This document shows positions 21,530 through 35,929 of a stretch of 51,460 bases of DNA, in pieces (position 1 is the first letter of the stretch; every line of letters starts with the position of its first letter). The stretch is taken from contig ADNK01000595.1 of the NCBI GenBank assembly GCA_000320545.1, positions 1 to 51,460 on the forward strand. The letters are read 5' to 3'. This DNA is from Bigelowiella natans CCMP2755. Its lineage: Eukaryota > Protista > Cercozoa. A model generated the notes under the pieces. The model searched no databases and was not told where the DNA came from. It was given only the letters and a program-made list of their open reading frames with translations. The position numbers were made by a program, and so were the translations under genes.

Positions 21530-24500
21530 TCATGTTAGCTGCGCAAAAACTGGATCTACGTTCCATCCATCAACCTGCACTGCAATCACGCGTGAGGAAG
21601 TTCTACTACGGGTCATTGCAACGTCGCTGTCGCTGCCGTCGAATGGAGCCCTAGTAGCAAGCTCAAATTCATTATCCATCGCTCTGTGCTCGAACCCGCC
21701 GCCCAGCTGTATTGAGAGGTTTTTCGATTCGCCCGGAAGCAGCGTGAAGTACCCATCGGATATCCAAACAGGGAGGAGTCGGTCGTCGCCAGCATCGTAG
21801 CTGCTGCTGCTGCTGCTGCTGCCCCAGCTCCCCTCATCATCATCACCACCACCACCACCACCATCATCATTATTAAACACTTCCCTTCTCCTCTCTGTGT
21901 CTTTGCCATCTTCACCTTCTCCAAATCGTCGTCGCATCAACCTCACCGTGAGCCGAAGACCGAAGGCCGCCGCCCCGGCGGCAGCAGCCCCTCTCCCTAC
22001 CATTGCGTTTGGCATCTTGTTCGATACAGTCACACGCAGTCTCGGAAGGATGCTGATGACTTGAATAGATACGGTTGGACGAGGAAGTAGAGATCCATGG
22101 CTGCCACTATCAGCCTCGCTCCCACCCGCCCTCGTCACGCCGCTGCTCGCTGCTCTCAGCTCCGTGTAAAGTCTCCCATAGTTCTGCGGTGCATCAAACG
22201 CGGATTGCCAGTATTCGTTCGTCGCGCTCAGAACGCCGCCGTCATTTCCCTCCGCTCGTAGCCTCAGGAGGAGGACGGCGCCGTCACCTGCCTTCTCAGG
22301 CCATGGCAATGGCAGCATTTGTTGTTCTTCTTGTTGTTCTTCTTGTTGTTGTTGGGTTGTCCCCTTCGCAGCGGTCTTCGGCCGTGTCCTTCTGTTTCCT
22401 CTTGCTTGAGGGGGTGGCAGGCCGATGCCAGCGAGCACAGAGTCGCTCGGAACATCAAAAGGGCCGAGGGTCAGATTCAACCTGCGCGGGGCGCCCGCTG
22501 CGGTGATCTCGAACGCCTCAAGGCGCACGTACAAGCCCGAAAAGCTCGTCGGCGACTTGTTCACAACGGCGATGGTGTAGTTCTTAAGGTTGAGCTGAAC
22601 GTGGATCGCATTATTTCCCCGCGCCCCGTCTTCTTCCCCGTGCCCTCTCCCCCCCTCCCCCCCCTGCCGTGAAAGGGCTGCCCTGACGCCGTAGTAGCCG
22701 CCGGTGGGTGCGAGGTACGAGTCGTACAAAGCGCCTCGGAGTGCAGGCCACGGGCTCTGCGATTTCCACATCAGCACCGCCGAGTACCGCCGCCACATGC
22801 GCTCCTGGAAGCCTTCAAAGAGCGCCTTGTACTGCGTCAGCTGCGCGAGCTGCGCAGCAAAAGCGTAGTCCGCGATGCCGCTGGTGTTGGCGCTGGGCGG
22901 GAAGTAGGCACCTACCCCGCCGTTGTACGGGAGAAACTTGTGGTACGTCCAAACGGCGTCGACGCCATCATCATCATCATCATCATCATCGACGTCGTCG
23001 TCGTCGTCGCCGGCGGCGACAGAAACATCATTGGCGCTATCCCTAGGGAAGCGCGCGAGAGACTCCTCCGAGAGGAATCTCCGGAGCGACTCGAGGACCG
23101 GCGTCGACACGCTTCCCGTTTCTGGCTGGAAGGCGATCGTCAGACCGTCCGCGCGCGTGCCGTTCCAAAAGAGCAGCCCCGGGTTGGGCTCATACCACGA
23201 GCTCTGCGGTAGAAAGCCGTAAGGGCCGTCCTTTGGCGCCAGCGACGTCTCCGGATCATAGTGCGTGTAGTTGGTCATCGACGAAGCGGTGTACGGCCTG
23301 TTCGCGTGGAAGCGGTCGAGGAGCGCCGTGAGCCCCCCGCGGATGTCCCGCGCGGGGGAGCGCGAGGTGGGGTCGAGCTCGTTGCCGAAGTTCCAGAAGA
23401 GGAGGGAGACGTGCCTCCGAAGCATCAAAACGGAGTCTCGGGCGGCGGCGAGGTAGGTGTTGTGGTCCAGCGGCCAGCTGTAGTCCCCGGCCCAGCGGCC
23501 GTTGTTGTCCCCCGTCATCCAGAACTCCTGCATCACGAGCACGCCCCTCCGGTCACACGCGGCGTAGAACTCCGGGCGCTCGGCCAGCCCCCCCCCCCAC
23601 ACCCGGATCAGGTTCATGCCCATCTCCGCGTGCATGCGCACCTCGTCGTTGTAGCGGCGGGGGTCGGAGCTGTGGCGCAGCAGCTGGTCGGTGGCAATCC
23701 AGTTCCCCCCCTGCAGGAAGATTCGCCGCGAGTTCACCTCGAACACCGGTCCTTGCAGCATGGGGTCCACGCGCTTCCTCACAGTACATATTCCGAAGTC
23801 CCACGTGAGACTGTGACGGTTGACGACTGCAGGGCAGCTGCTGGACAAAGAGGAAGAAGAGGAGGAGGAGGAAGAAGAAGAAGAGAACGTGTGCCATTCT
23901 ACAGCCGCACGGTGCAGGTAAGGGGTTCCGTGTGTGTGCGGCCACCAAAGAGAGGCATTGCGAATGGTGATGGAGGGGAACTTGACCGACCGCTTCTGCC
24001 CAGCCTTCAAGTCGGAGACTCTGATGGACACTCGCCGCAAGAGTTTCATCGACGACAACGACGACGACGACAACGACGAGAAGGAGGAGGAAGAAGAAGA
24101 GGAGGGAGCATACAGGGAGAGTAGCAGCTCCCCCGTAACGGTGCGCTCGTCTCCACCACCTTCGCGGCCCTCATCGTTATTGTTCTCAACGAACAAAGAC
24201 ATCTGAAGCACCGCATCGTTCGTCTCAGGCTGGATCGACAGCGTGTTGGCCAGCGGATCGGAGAGGAGGATGAGGGGGGGGGCATTGTTCATGCTGTCGT
24301 AGCGATAGTTCTTATCGCAACGAGCCCGCTCCTCGCCCCCCTCTTCCATCTCCACATCATCACTACCACTATTAACGCGGTCATCATTGCCGCTGTGGTA
24401 GGCGCGAATCTCGACGCGGTCCCATGGTCCTGTGTTACGATCAGGTGTTGCCTGTGTAAAATAGAAGCAGCATTTGTGTGAAGAAGCAGCAATGGCGCGA

Positions 24501-25385
24501 TGGGGAAGGGGGGGGGGAGGAAGGGGGCTGACAGGACACATCATCACTGGTACTTTCAGCGAGCAACCAGCAGCAGCACACATCGTTCCAAAACCACCTG
24601 GATCCAGTCCCAACCGGCGGAAAACTGCATCTCAGCGGCGTTCTTCGCAATCTGGTGGTCACCGCCCTGCCCCCCAGCGCTCCCCGGGAAGGTGGGAGGG
24701 CGGAACAGCGCCGCAATCGACACGCGACGACGGACTTCTGCTGAGCAGTTCTCCATTTCTTCCGCACGGGGAGGGGCGGGGACAGCGAAGGAGAAGCGGC
24801 GAAACATTCCGAGCGAAGGCGTCGTGCCCTTAGCTATTTTCCCGTTGATGAATACGTCCGCGCGGTAGTTGACGCTCCGAAACGAGACGCGGAGGCTGGG
24901 AGGGGGGGCACAGGTTGTGTTGGCGGGGGGTCGGCGACCGAGTCGAACATCGAGCACGGAGCGGAACCAGTAGGTGTAGAAGAGAGGCCCAGTGACATTT
25001 ATATCTGTCATCAGCATTTAGCCATCATCAAGGAAAGAGCAGAAAGCAGGATGGTGTGATAGGGGCGGAAGGAAGGTAAAAAAGATGGAGGATGAGGAGG
25101 AGGAGGAGGAGGAGGATGAGGATGAGGAGAGGATTATTGGCAATAGCAGTAACAATGGGAGGGGTGGAGGGGGAGGGGGGAGCGAGAACCTGGGATCTTA
25201 GAAAGGTTGTCCTCGAAGTAGATGTTTTCGGCGGTGATATTGGGACCGAATGAGCGGTTGGAGAGCAAGGTAGTAAGAACCGTTCCTTTAACGAATGAAT
25301 GAGGGGATTCAATTCATACGTATCGCATCATTAAGTTTACGCTAATGTGGCACGGAAACGAGGAGGGAAGCGCTAGAATTTGTGA

Positions 25386-25431
<46 letters not shown>

Positions 25432-26136
25432 CCCTCCGTCTCACAATTATTTTTTGAGAGATAATTGCTTCTATCGACAGCATTGTTGCGTTGATTTCAT
25501 TCACCAGGAACAACGGCTGGGACACACTCCGTAGGAAGACTTGTGTTCGGTGAAGCCATAGCTCTTCCTATTGATTGTGTGTATGCAGGTGGTGATGAAT
25601 TACAGGCGTAGGCATCGGTTCTCATGGGAGCGTGTTTGGTGCCCTTCATACCCCCCTTCTCCATCACCCTCAAACACCTATTTCAGCCACTTTTTCCGGG
25701 GTGTCATCGGCTCCTATGATAGAATGTGATGGTCAACACCGAGCTGATATATAGTCTGTATTTCTTTGAAAACGCAAGCTGCAGCATAGCGACCACTTTT
25801 GGTTTGAATTTTTGACAATGTTGACTGTAGGAAAAGCTACCTCCCAGCAGAGCAGAATGTGAGCAGGCGAACCAATCAGCGCCCGAGAGCGATACTCCCT
25901 CCCCGGAGGAGACCTGGTGAAACTGTGTGATCTTCTCGGATGACATTTCTCTCTCTCCCCCCTCTCTCCCTCTCTCACAAAAACGGGCAAGTGAGAACAC
26001 GTACTTCAGTGAGATCAACGAACGATGATCTGATAGGAGGAAGTGCCTCGGCCGTGGGAATGGAATCAGGGATCAAAGAGACAAATACGAGGAGGAGGAA
26101 GGGGAGCAAGGGGGGGAGGCATGGCGCAGCCGACAT
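21530..26136 (-). CDS. Glycoside hydrolase family 2, mannosylglycoprotein endo-beta-mannosidase-like, secreted
   Basis: Signal-peptide-like MSAAPCLPPLLPFLLLVFVSLIP. Motifs: FYTYWFR, VNYRADVFING, GQGGDHQIAKN...AGWDWIQ, LWWPH, IFLQGGNWI, NLIRVWGGGLAERPEFY, QEFWMTGD, WNFGNEL (acid/base Glu), FQPETGS (nucleophile), MWKSQSPWPALRGALYD and SDGYFTLLPGE. Several small 5' exons precede a ~2.9 kb last exon. Confidence 0.9.
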
Positions 26137-26873
26137 GGCTTGCCTCTTTCCGTTTCTGGACAAATTTCATTCATATTTACACCGTGCGACAACCCTAATT
26201 TTTTGTCGCACGAAAATGTTTCGCTTATTTTTCCTATGCGGTCATACATTGATCTTTGTACGAAGTTTTCCGCTCAAATAAATGCCCATTTGCGGCTCTT
26301 CGGTTACCTGAGGGAAACGCCGAAGACGTCACCGCCTGGAGTGCTCCCGTCGCCCCAGATGCTAACCCCAGAGGGAGGAGGGGAGGGGGGAGGAGGCCTA
26401 ATGTTACAGAGTAATTCATCATTCCCTCCCTCCCACTCCTCTTGTAACACTCTACGTTCGTTCCCATTTTCCTGTTCCGATATCTGCTTCAAAAATGTCC
26501 TCTTCTAAATGCGCCTCCTCTCTCTCTCTCCCTCTCTCAGCCTCGGGCAGTGTGGCATCATGCGTCGACGGCAAATATTCTGCTGGTACGCGCATAGTAG
26601 CCATACACGAGTAGCACATCACTTGTGGCCGCGCTCCCATAAACCCCTCCTCAGATGCGACCCATTGTTCTCACGACTTGATGACGAACAATATCCATCT
26701 GATATAAATCATCCGATCCGATTCGATCCCACTTTCATTTCTCGAGTATTTAGTGGCTAATTTCGATCCTGAGTCGAAATGTGGTGCGTGCATCGATGCA
26801 TTTATGCGTTCGGGCGAGTTAACATGTGCGCGACAACCCTCTAGATTTCAAGACCCTCTCCGGCTCTGTTCAG

Positions 26874-28268
26874 ATGCACAACATCGAGTAAGAAGAAGCG
26901 CCTCTTAATCCAACAACAGATCACCTATCACATTCTGTCCGGATCCACCAAAGAACCAAACACAAATTCTACTCGAGCTTAGTCGCCCATACATTTTTCC
27001 TCTTTATAGAACCTATGTTGGTTGTTGTTGTTTTGTGTATGTGTCGCTGCCCTCCTATTAAGATGCGAAGAATGGGCCGTGCTTCCGACGGCTGAGGAGA
27101 AGCAGATATTATCCGGAGAATCCCCAGCAGAGCAACTTGGAATCGCCGACTTATTCCGCTACGCACCTGCCTCTGTGGACATCGCTGAGGACGTCAATTT
27201 TGGGACTGGAGATAAGTACAGTATTCGCTGCGTTTGTAGTGTCGGCAATAGTAGCAGTTTGCGCTCTGCTGCCGTCGCCATCGCATTTGGACGACGCATG
27301 GACAACGCATATAGCTCTGATCCCTCGTACCCCCTCCCCCCCCCTGCACGCCCTTTTTGTAACATTATAGACTGAAGTCTCTGTCGGAAGCACTACGCGC
27401 CACGAAGTCCCTGACCAACCTCTCCCTCTCCTCAAATAGCATCTCCGCCGACGACGCATCAGGTTCGTGCCGATGAAGGGTGAGAGATCCATCGAATGAG
27501 TCAGGATGTGACGCCATGCTCTTTTTCCTTCAATCGAATTCAGGAGAGGGCATGTGTGCGCTCGGGGCTGCTTTGGCATCCAATCAGAACCTGAAGACGC
27601 TCACTCTCAAGCACTCCCCAGTCTCCGCAAGTCTTCTTGCGAACGTGAGTTTTTGTGCCCATTCTCTCCCATGCGTGCGGTAAATTCTATATATCTTTGA
27701 TCAGATCATGGCCATGCCAGCGCTCTCGATCCTCCGCTTGTCGAGTAGTCTGCTCCCCCCCGCAGGGCAGCAAGAAAAGGTGTGGCGCGCCTGATCAGTA
27801 CGAGCTCCTACGCAACAGTGCTCACGCCTATACGATATACGCGCTTGCATGTTGCGCGGAGACGCAAACAAGCACGTGCACACACATACACACACACACA
27901 CACACACTCACAAATATTGATAAAAATGCTCACATTCGAGTTGTTACATGTGATTCCGGCTGAACGCTACTTCGCACTCAGAAGAATAAGCAAGAGCTCT
28001 ACCCGCAGGGCTGGTACTGGACGACGCTGGCGGAGGGACTGAGGGGTGGGGGGGCAAGGAGGATGACGACAGCTCTGCGGGAGCTCAATATTGCCGCCCA
28101 CTTCGCCCGAAGTGGGGGCGGGGGAGACGATCACGAGGGGGGGGACACACACACACACACACACATCAGCGCTAGAGTTAGTTCCGCGAGGAGTACAGAA
28201 GCCAGCGACCAAAGCGAGGTAGAGCTAGTATGCGTATAAAGCGATTGTGAAAAGCCCTGTTCCTTATT

Positions 28269-28314
<46 letters not shown>

Positions 28315-28351
28315 TGATATTTGTTGTATTGATACACACACACACACACAC

Positions 28352-28389
<38 letters not shown>

Positions 28390-28546
28390 GTACATTATTT
28401 ATCTTCTCTTAGGGCGAAGTGAAGCGCTTCTCCTCCTTTATAAAGTCGTTGAAGAAGTAAGTATTCTTTCCAGCCGCCGCTTTCCTGCTCCTCTTCATCA
28501 GCCTTCCTGTGCAGATACATAATATATACCCACCGTCATCCCTCCC

Positions 28547-28597
<51 letters not shown>

Positions 28598-29681
28598 CAT
28601 GTATAAGAAAGAAAGAGAGAAAGAAAGAAATAGGAGAGCAGCAGCTGTTTCCCCCCCATCACCTAGTGCTGCCTTCCCTTCAGAGATAAAGGCGGCCCTG
28701 AAAAACTGAGGCTGGTAAGGTTAGGATTGAACGCGTCCATCGGCGAGCAGGTGGGCACCGCTGCTGCATGCAACGCTCCCCCCCCCTTTTGCGCTGCTCC
28801 GAGACTAAATCTGCTTTTGTTTTCGCCACACACGCGACTGAAAGGTCGGAAGCCTGTTGGCCTCTCCGATGTCCTCGGTCACCTTCCTGGACTTGTCACA
28901 CAACCCGCTCGGGGACGCCGGCGTAGAGGCGATTGTCCAAGGAGTAAACAGCTCATCGAAGGTAGAAGTAGTAGGTGCTGTGCGTGGTGGCGCTTCACTC
29001 GCGCGCGCGCACGTATCGAGCTCTCATGCGTGCAGTGAAACGAGAGCGAAGCAGCGGAGAATGTGTGTGTGTGTGTGTGTGTGTGTGACTCGTTTGCTTG
29101 TGCACGTTTTCAGCTCATAGAGTTGAAGCTGGTGGATGTCGGTCTTAGCAGGGAGGGAGGGGAGGGGAGGGGGGGGACTCGAAACAGCGGAGGGAGAGGA
29201 GAGCAGAAGGGGACGGCAAACGGCGCTTCTGGAGAGAATAATGACAACGCGGACAACAGTGGCGACCGCGGGTCGGGAGGGTACATACACGCCTTGGCAC
29301 ATCTGATCAGGTAGAACGAGAGACCGAGAGACGTGTTCGCAAGTGATTCGGTTACGACTATGGAATATGTAAATGTCTGTGAGTTTAATCCGGGATGGGG
29401 GGGGGGATGCACACGTAAACAAACCAGCAAAACACTGTGAGATGCTGAAGGACGAATCATTATTGTCATCGTCATCAACCCCCATTATTTCAAAACATCA
29501 TTCACTTACGCTATCGAAACGTCGTGCGCTTCTCCTGATCTTCGTTCTCCTCCTGTCCTTCGCTTTGCAACTGCCGCAACTGTGCCCCCTAATTCTAGGA
29601 GCTCTCACTTGGAGAACCTAGACGTCCGGAAGAACGATATATCCTGTGAGTGTGAAGAAGGGAAAAATATTTTACATTCCC

Positions 29682-29723
<42 letters not shown>

Positions 29724-32347
29724 AATTTTCATTTCGTATTGTTCTCATCCATTCTTCAAAGCGGGCGCATAGCGTTTCAACCATGATTTTCGTGAACGTG
29801 CATGTATATCTAATCGTTGGCAGGGCGGGGCATCGACATCCTTGCGGAAGCAATCGTGAGCAGCAAATCCATGTACGTCTTTCTTGCGGGCAATTCTGTA
29901 CACTTAGAGGATAGTGGGGAGGGGGGGGAGGGGGGAAGGGGACTATTGATGATACACATGCATGCGTGTCCGCTTCCCTGACCCAACCTATCTCCTCCCC
30001 CACCACAATATCTATGTTGTTGCTGGCATCAACTTCTGGCGATAATAGCCGAAACGTCAAGTTTGACAACGTGAAAAGCGATAAGGACGCAAAGAAAGGG
30101 GGGGAGGGGAGCACCGATCCTCGAAACAAGATCGCGCTGACACTCCTCCGAAACGCAAACGCTGGGCGACGACGCCTCAACTTAAGGTATATGCTGCGTA
30201 TTCAACACAAACGCGCATACAAACGCACGTGCGCACATACATAACACATACGATTAAACATGAATCCTTGCAAATGCAGTGGAAGGTCTTTAGATGACGG
30301 CTTTCTGGAGCTCATTGCTACTACTGCTGCCGAAGCAGCCCCCCTATCCTGCCCCTCTCTCGTCGTTGACCAACAAGGCCAGAACGCGCCGGAGGATGAT
30401 CCAAGGCCGGCACCCATTGCGAAGAGGCCTTCTGCAGCAACGCATGCTGCTGGACAGGTAGGCTAATTGATGAAGCAACAAATCATTTTTGTAAAGGACA
30501 TTTGCAGGCGAGAGTAGGGGCCTGTCGAGTACAGGTTCTTCGCTCCGTTGGGAGAGGCGCCGCAGTTTGTTTCAATCTGTTTTTTTCCAAATCGGGATTT
30601 GGATGTACCACCACACACAGTGCTACCTTTTGATTGATTCCTAACATGCTTCTCCACCGGCCTGCCTCAGCGTGTGGTTGGCGGCAGCAGTAAGCGCGTC
30701 GGTGGGGGGAAGAGAAGGGGCGCACCGTGCAATCGCCAAGGCTACCGATATGCAAGCGTAGCGGCGCCACGGAACGGAAATCATCGGTGCGTTGTCGTAG
30801 GATGTATTTCTGCCTGCCTCCTTTTGTCGCATATCAGTGCGCTCAAATCGATTTACGATATGCATTGAAACAACCTATCAGAGTCGTAATTCGGCACCCA
30901 ATCACGCCCTGGGTGAGAAGTCAATAATTGTCATTGCAGCCCGTCTCGTCACTAACAGCGCCCTCTAAACACGTATTTTTGAGGACATAATTGCCGAAGG
31001 GGGGGGGAGGCCCGACGAAAGCCTAGATGAAAGGACTCGCGCATACAGCGCCCATATACCCAACCTCATTTCGTAACATAAACAGGTTGAGAAGCAGCCG
31101 AAGAAACCGTCTATAAAAAAGGCCACGAACACCGAGCTCAAGATCAGGGGCGTTGGGGTTGATGCGAAGCAGACCGTGTCCGTGCTTATGCGGGTATTTA
31201 TTCTAAGCTTCTAAATATGCGCGGATGCGTGTGTTCAGAGCGTGCTGATTCTACGAGGAGATCGCCACCTTGAATTCTCCCCAAATGTTCTCCCCCTCCC
31301 CCCCCCCTTACCCTGCAAGGTCGAAGGGATCGGCGTAAATCATAATCACAGAAAAGTATATCACCATCACCATCATCATCATAATCATATCCAAGCCGCC
31401 GCCTACAACGCGAATAGTAGCAGTAGCGAAGGAACAGAAGGCGTGGTGTGGAACGTGCAGGAGGAAGAGGTGCCCCCCGAAGATGCGACCGACGATGACG
31501 GCGACGGCGAGGAGGATAGTGGAAACGGCAAATGCATCTCACGGAGCACAGCCGCCATTGCAAAACGCAGGCCTCAAAAGCGAGGGCGAGGAATAGGCAC
31601 AACTCCTGCTTCTTCTGTTTCATCTTCTTCCTCCCCCCCCTCCTTGCCATCGTCGTTGCTGCGTGCTTCTCCTTTATCACGGGTAAAGAATCTGGATCTC
31701 TCCGCTAATCCCTTCACAGGAAAGGGTACTCTTCGTTCTCTCCCGAACCCTCTCCGTAGCTGACAACTAGCTGCTACTTCTCAAGCTTCATCTTGTGATT
31801 GCTGCTGCTGTTGCGCAGTGTGTGCGTGCATGCGTGTTCTCCCAGTGCGGGAACCTGTCGACCGCGATTATGCGAGGAGGCATCAGTGGGTCTCTCTAGT
31901 ACTCGTTGTGGGAGGGGGGGGGGGAAGGGGGGGGGGGGGGGGGGGGTAAAGGATCTTCTTTCTCTCTCCTTCTTCTTTCTCGGTTGATTGTGTCTTGCGG
32001 GTGCTGCTTTCAGGCATCGCGTCGCTGTGCGCTACACTGCCAAGACTACGATGGCTCCAGTCGCTGGACCTATCCTCATCCCAGAGCACCCAATCTGCAG
32101 GAGGCGTCGAGAGGACAATATCAGCAGGGGGGGGCAAGGTGAATCTTTTCTTCCACACGCTACACGTGCTGCTTCCTGGATGGTGCGGATTGTTGCGTGT
32201 TTGTATAGCTTTGCTCACCCCTCCCCCCCCCCGTAAACAAAAGGCGTGCGTTGTCGGCGACGAGGGTGCGGCCGCCTTGGCGGCATACCTATCATCACAA
32301 GCTGGTAAGTAATAAGAGCAGCCTAAAATTGAGTCAAACCAACACGG

Positions 32348-32382
<35 letters not shown>

Positions 32383-32534
32383 GGTATGAGTGTGTGTACT
32401 CGCCGCGTGTATTTTTAGTGAAAATTACTGTTCTCCAGGAGAAACGGGATTGAGAAAGTTGTATCTTAGAAATTGCGGAATAGGAGCAAAAGTACGATGA
32501 TGGCAACAGCCACGATGCATATCATATTATGTCG

Positions 32535-32575
<41 letters not shown>

Positions 32576-33450
32576 CTCTCTACGCACACACTCACGCACG
32601 CACACACTTTATCTACACATGCATATTCAATTTATTTCATAAATATTTTTAATCTTGGAGATGAATCTATGGTTTCTTATTATCGAATGCCTCCATCCGG
32701 CCCTCCGTCACGCCTTGTCTCCCACCTTCTTTCCCTATCTACTGCCGCCTGAAGGGGGGTCGTGCCCTAGCACACGCGCTCGAGCAAAATAGGTCTCTCA
32801 AGCGTCTTCATTTGAGCGAAAATCCATCGTTGGGTAGTGCCACGGAGGTAATTAAAAAACTCAAAATGAAGCAACCTTTACGACATGCGTATCGCCTTAC
32901 ATTGAATATATAAAGACACAGCATAATATGGAGAGAGGGGGGAGAGGGGGGGGGGCGGTGTGTTGCAAAGAATATGTGTAATGTTTAATATTTTTTTTTA
33001 TAATTCTATGGGTCCTCCGCAGGCCCTGGCGGCGGCGTTGAAGAAGAACAGGTGTGTGCTATTTTCGTAAGAATTCAATCCAGCCCCGCCTTGCTGATAT
33101 CTTCTGCGTATTACATATATGCCCATTATTAATCGGAATAGGACTCTCCAGACTGTGTTGTGGGCCGGGGTGAACGCGACGGACAAAGGGGTCATTACAG
33201 TCGTCGGCATGTCCTCGTCACTCATATGAAAGAAGCTTCTCTTACTGTACAAATGTGTGAAGATGTGCACATAACTCACTATCAGACCCCTCTTCGTCGA
33301 TGTTTTACGGTGGCTTGTCGCACCTTTGCTCTTCTCGCACTGCCTCAATAAGCCCGTCGGTGTTGTTGTTGTTGTTGTTGTTAGATTCTGGCTCTAGCCG
33401 CAGCCCTTGCCACGAATGCCACCGTGTCCGTGATTGGTCGTAGCAACCAT

Positions 33451-33500
<50 letters not shown>

Positions 33501-34197
33501 GTGGGGGGGGGGGTGGATGGGGACAGAGCGACTAACCAACGAATGAACGGCTTTTTCTGTAGAATAAGAGGGAGGAGCAAACTAGTTTACTCATGACCAC
33601 TACACATGACAATAATTTGAGGCTGCGACATCTCTTCCGTCTCTGGGATCATCGTGAAGCTATCTCGCTTTGCTGCTGCTTCGTTTTTTCTTTGTTGATG
33701 ACTCTCCCGCACCCCTCCCCCAACCACCGCAGACATCTCTCATAACCAGATCGGGGACCGCAACTTTGGCGCGATTTGCGATGCGGTCGCCAGCAACGAG
33801 CACTCGGCAGTCGAGACCATACACGCATGGCAGATCGGCATCACTTCGAAGGTATTCAGCAACAATAACAACAACGAAGACAACAACAACGGCAACGCGG
33901 AATCGATGATGATTTGCGCAGGATTTTCCTACCACGTATTTGGTTTCGTTCGCCTGTTGTATCTTTTTCCTCCTGTGCTAACCAAAGGCGTCTATTCGGT
34001 GGTGTTTTTCAATGCAATAGGGAGCAAAGAGCGTTTCGCAGCTGCTACGGCGCAACCCAAGAAAGGGATCGGGGTCCTGCTGGTTAAGACATCTCTTCCT
34101 CGATTGTAATACGCGTGCGCGCAAAATATAGCTGATGACGTATTGACCTCTTTCCTTTACTCACTGTCTCGAATAATAGCATCCCCCCCTCCCACCC

Positions 34198-34241
<44 letters not shown>

Positions 34242-34536
34242 ATTTACTCATTAAAAGGCAACGCTATCAGCGTGGAGGGCGCAAGGTTCCTGAGCCAGGT
34301 GGATTGTTCTTCGTCTGTTAGTCAATAGATCACATGGTATGCAATGCTGTTTGGGGGACAAAACCTGTCTTGTCCGTGCAGCTTCTCACTCCCATATTTC
34401 GTGTTGTACGCAGGCTTTGATAGATAATCATGATGGCTCTCTGGAGAGTCTCTCCCTCTCCCAAACGAAGCTGGGCGACGCTGGGGCACAGGTACGATAG
34501 AAATTGCGCGTGGCATGAAGCTCTTACAGTTTACAA

Positions 34537-34613
<77 letters not shown>

Positions 34614-35308
34614 GTATCTGTAGCTATCTTTCTCTCTGTATGCGTGTGTGTGTGTGTGTGTGTGCGAGTGTATCATCACGGTCATCATCATCATCATCAT
34701 CATCACCGTTATTTTCTCGAGAAGGCTCTCGCTCGCGCCCTGATGGTGAACACCAGCCTAAAAGAGCTCAACCTTGGTGCCTTCAACATGATAGGTATGG
34801 CAATAATGTATGAGGCGGTAGCAGCACATGCGAAACCTCGTTTCTGCGCCAATGCCATCAACGCACGAACTAGAGAGAATATCTGCTAGCTGATCTTGCG
34901 ATCATGTCGTTAATATTCGCCGATATTGTCGTGCTGTCGGTGATGCAGGAAATGCTGGAGGCCACGCCCTTGCCGTCGCCTTGCTGCGCAACAAGACTAT
35001 AACTGATATCCAATGGTTAAACGGGCCCTTCTCCTCACCAGGTGCCTGCGCGTGCGCGTGTGTGTGTGTGTGTGTGAGTAAGTTGTATATCTGCTGGAAA
35101 ATAATCTGAAGGACGCGTTTGTGTTTTGTGCTCACCGTTGGTATCATAGAGTGGCTCTACAGGGCATTCTCGCACAATCGCTCGATCGTAAGATTCGGAT
35201 TCTCGGAAAGCAGGTGTAACAGCAGCCTGTGTTGCGTGCGTGCGAGTGTGTGTGTGTGTGTGTGTGTGTGTGCTTTTGTGTGCTTTTGTGTGCTTTTGTG
35301 TGCGCGCG

Positions 35309-35372
<64 letters not shown>

Positions 35373-35811
35373 ATCATACACACATAAACGCATGCAATAT
35401 CGCTCTCCTCCTCCTCTACCAATCGTATAGATCGAAAGGCGAGAGAGAAAAGCTTGCCCTTCGTGAGGGTCTAAATAGGCATTGTGCGCTGCACGAACGG
35501 CGACTAGCGGTCCTCATGGGACTTCATGAAAGGTCACTGTTCCCTTATGGGACTTCACCCTGTTGCGGGTGATTTGTTGCCTGTAGGACGGGCTGATGGC
35601 AGGGGGGGAGGGGCGTGGTAGGTACAGCAAGAAGAAGGCGAGGTGTATCTAGAGTTCAAATGACTCTCTTCTCATCGATCCGATACCATTTTGGCTGTTT
35701 GTTGCTGACAGGGTCGGTGGCAAAAGTACCTTGTTCGGTTGCTTCAGAACAAGTCCTCTCTTTGAGAAGCACGTAGTAGGCACGCTGTTGACATTCATCA
35801 CGATTGAGTAA
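26874..35811 (+). CDS. RNI-like leucine-rich repeat protein (NLRC3/CARMIL-type LRRs), many small exons
   Basis: Repeated exons such as LSEALRATKSLTNLSLSSNSI, VTFLDLSHNPLGDAGVEAI, LENLDVRKNDI, VKNLDLSANPF, VGDEGAAALA, ALAHALEQNRSLKRLHLSEN, GNAISVEGARFL and ALMVNTSLKELNL. The C-terminus is LAVLMGLHER/VGGKS...SPLFEKHVV...IE*. The start is uncertain and this could be more than one gene. Confidence 0.85.
27880..35370. repeat. Dense intronic microsatellites (CA/GT, CT/GA, AT, CAT, poly-G/C)
   Basis: Most LRR-gene introns carry one or more simple repeats, e.g. 28270-28390, 34540-34705 and 35245-35370. The HslV and Sel1 introns show the same. Confidence 0.95.
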
Positions 35812-35929
35812 TAGTACGACTAGCAATCGTTTCGTCAACAAGCGCTCTTGCGTCATGTCTCGTCATCTCGATATGATCAGCACAGCCTACGCAGAGTCGA
35901 AAAATCTATAGGCTTGCAGAAGCTGTTAC

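Noticed and set aside
22075-24206. Long plus-strand ORFs antisense to the GH2 exon
   Set aside because: Shadow ORFs of GC-rich coding sequence.
26234-26700. Short minus-strand ORFs between the GH2 and LRR gene starts
   Set aside because: They look partly coding, but no consistent exon chain or recognisable domain could be built.
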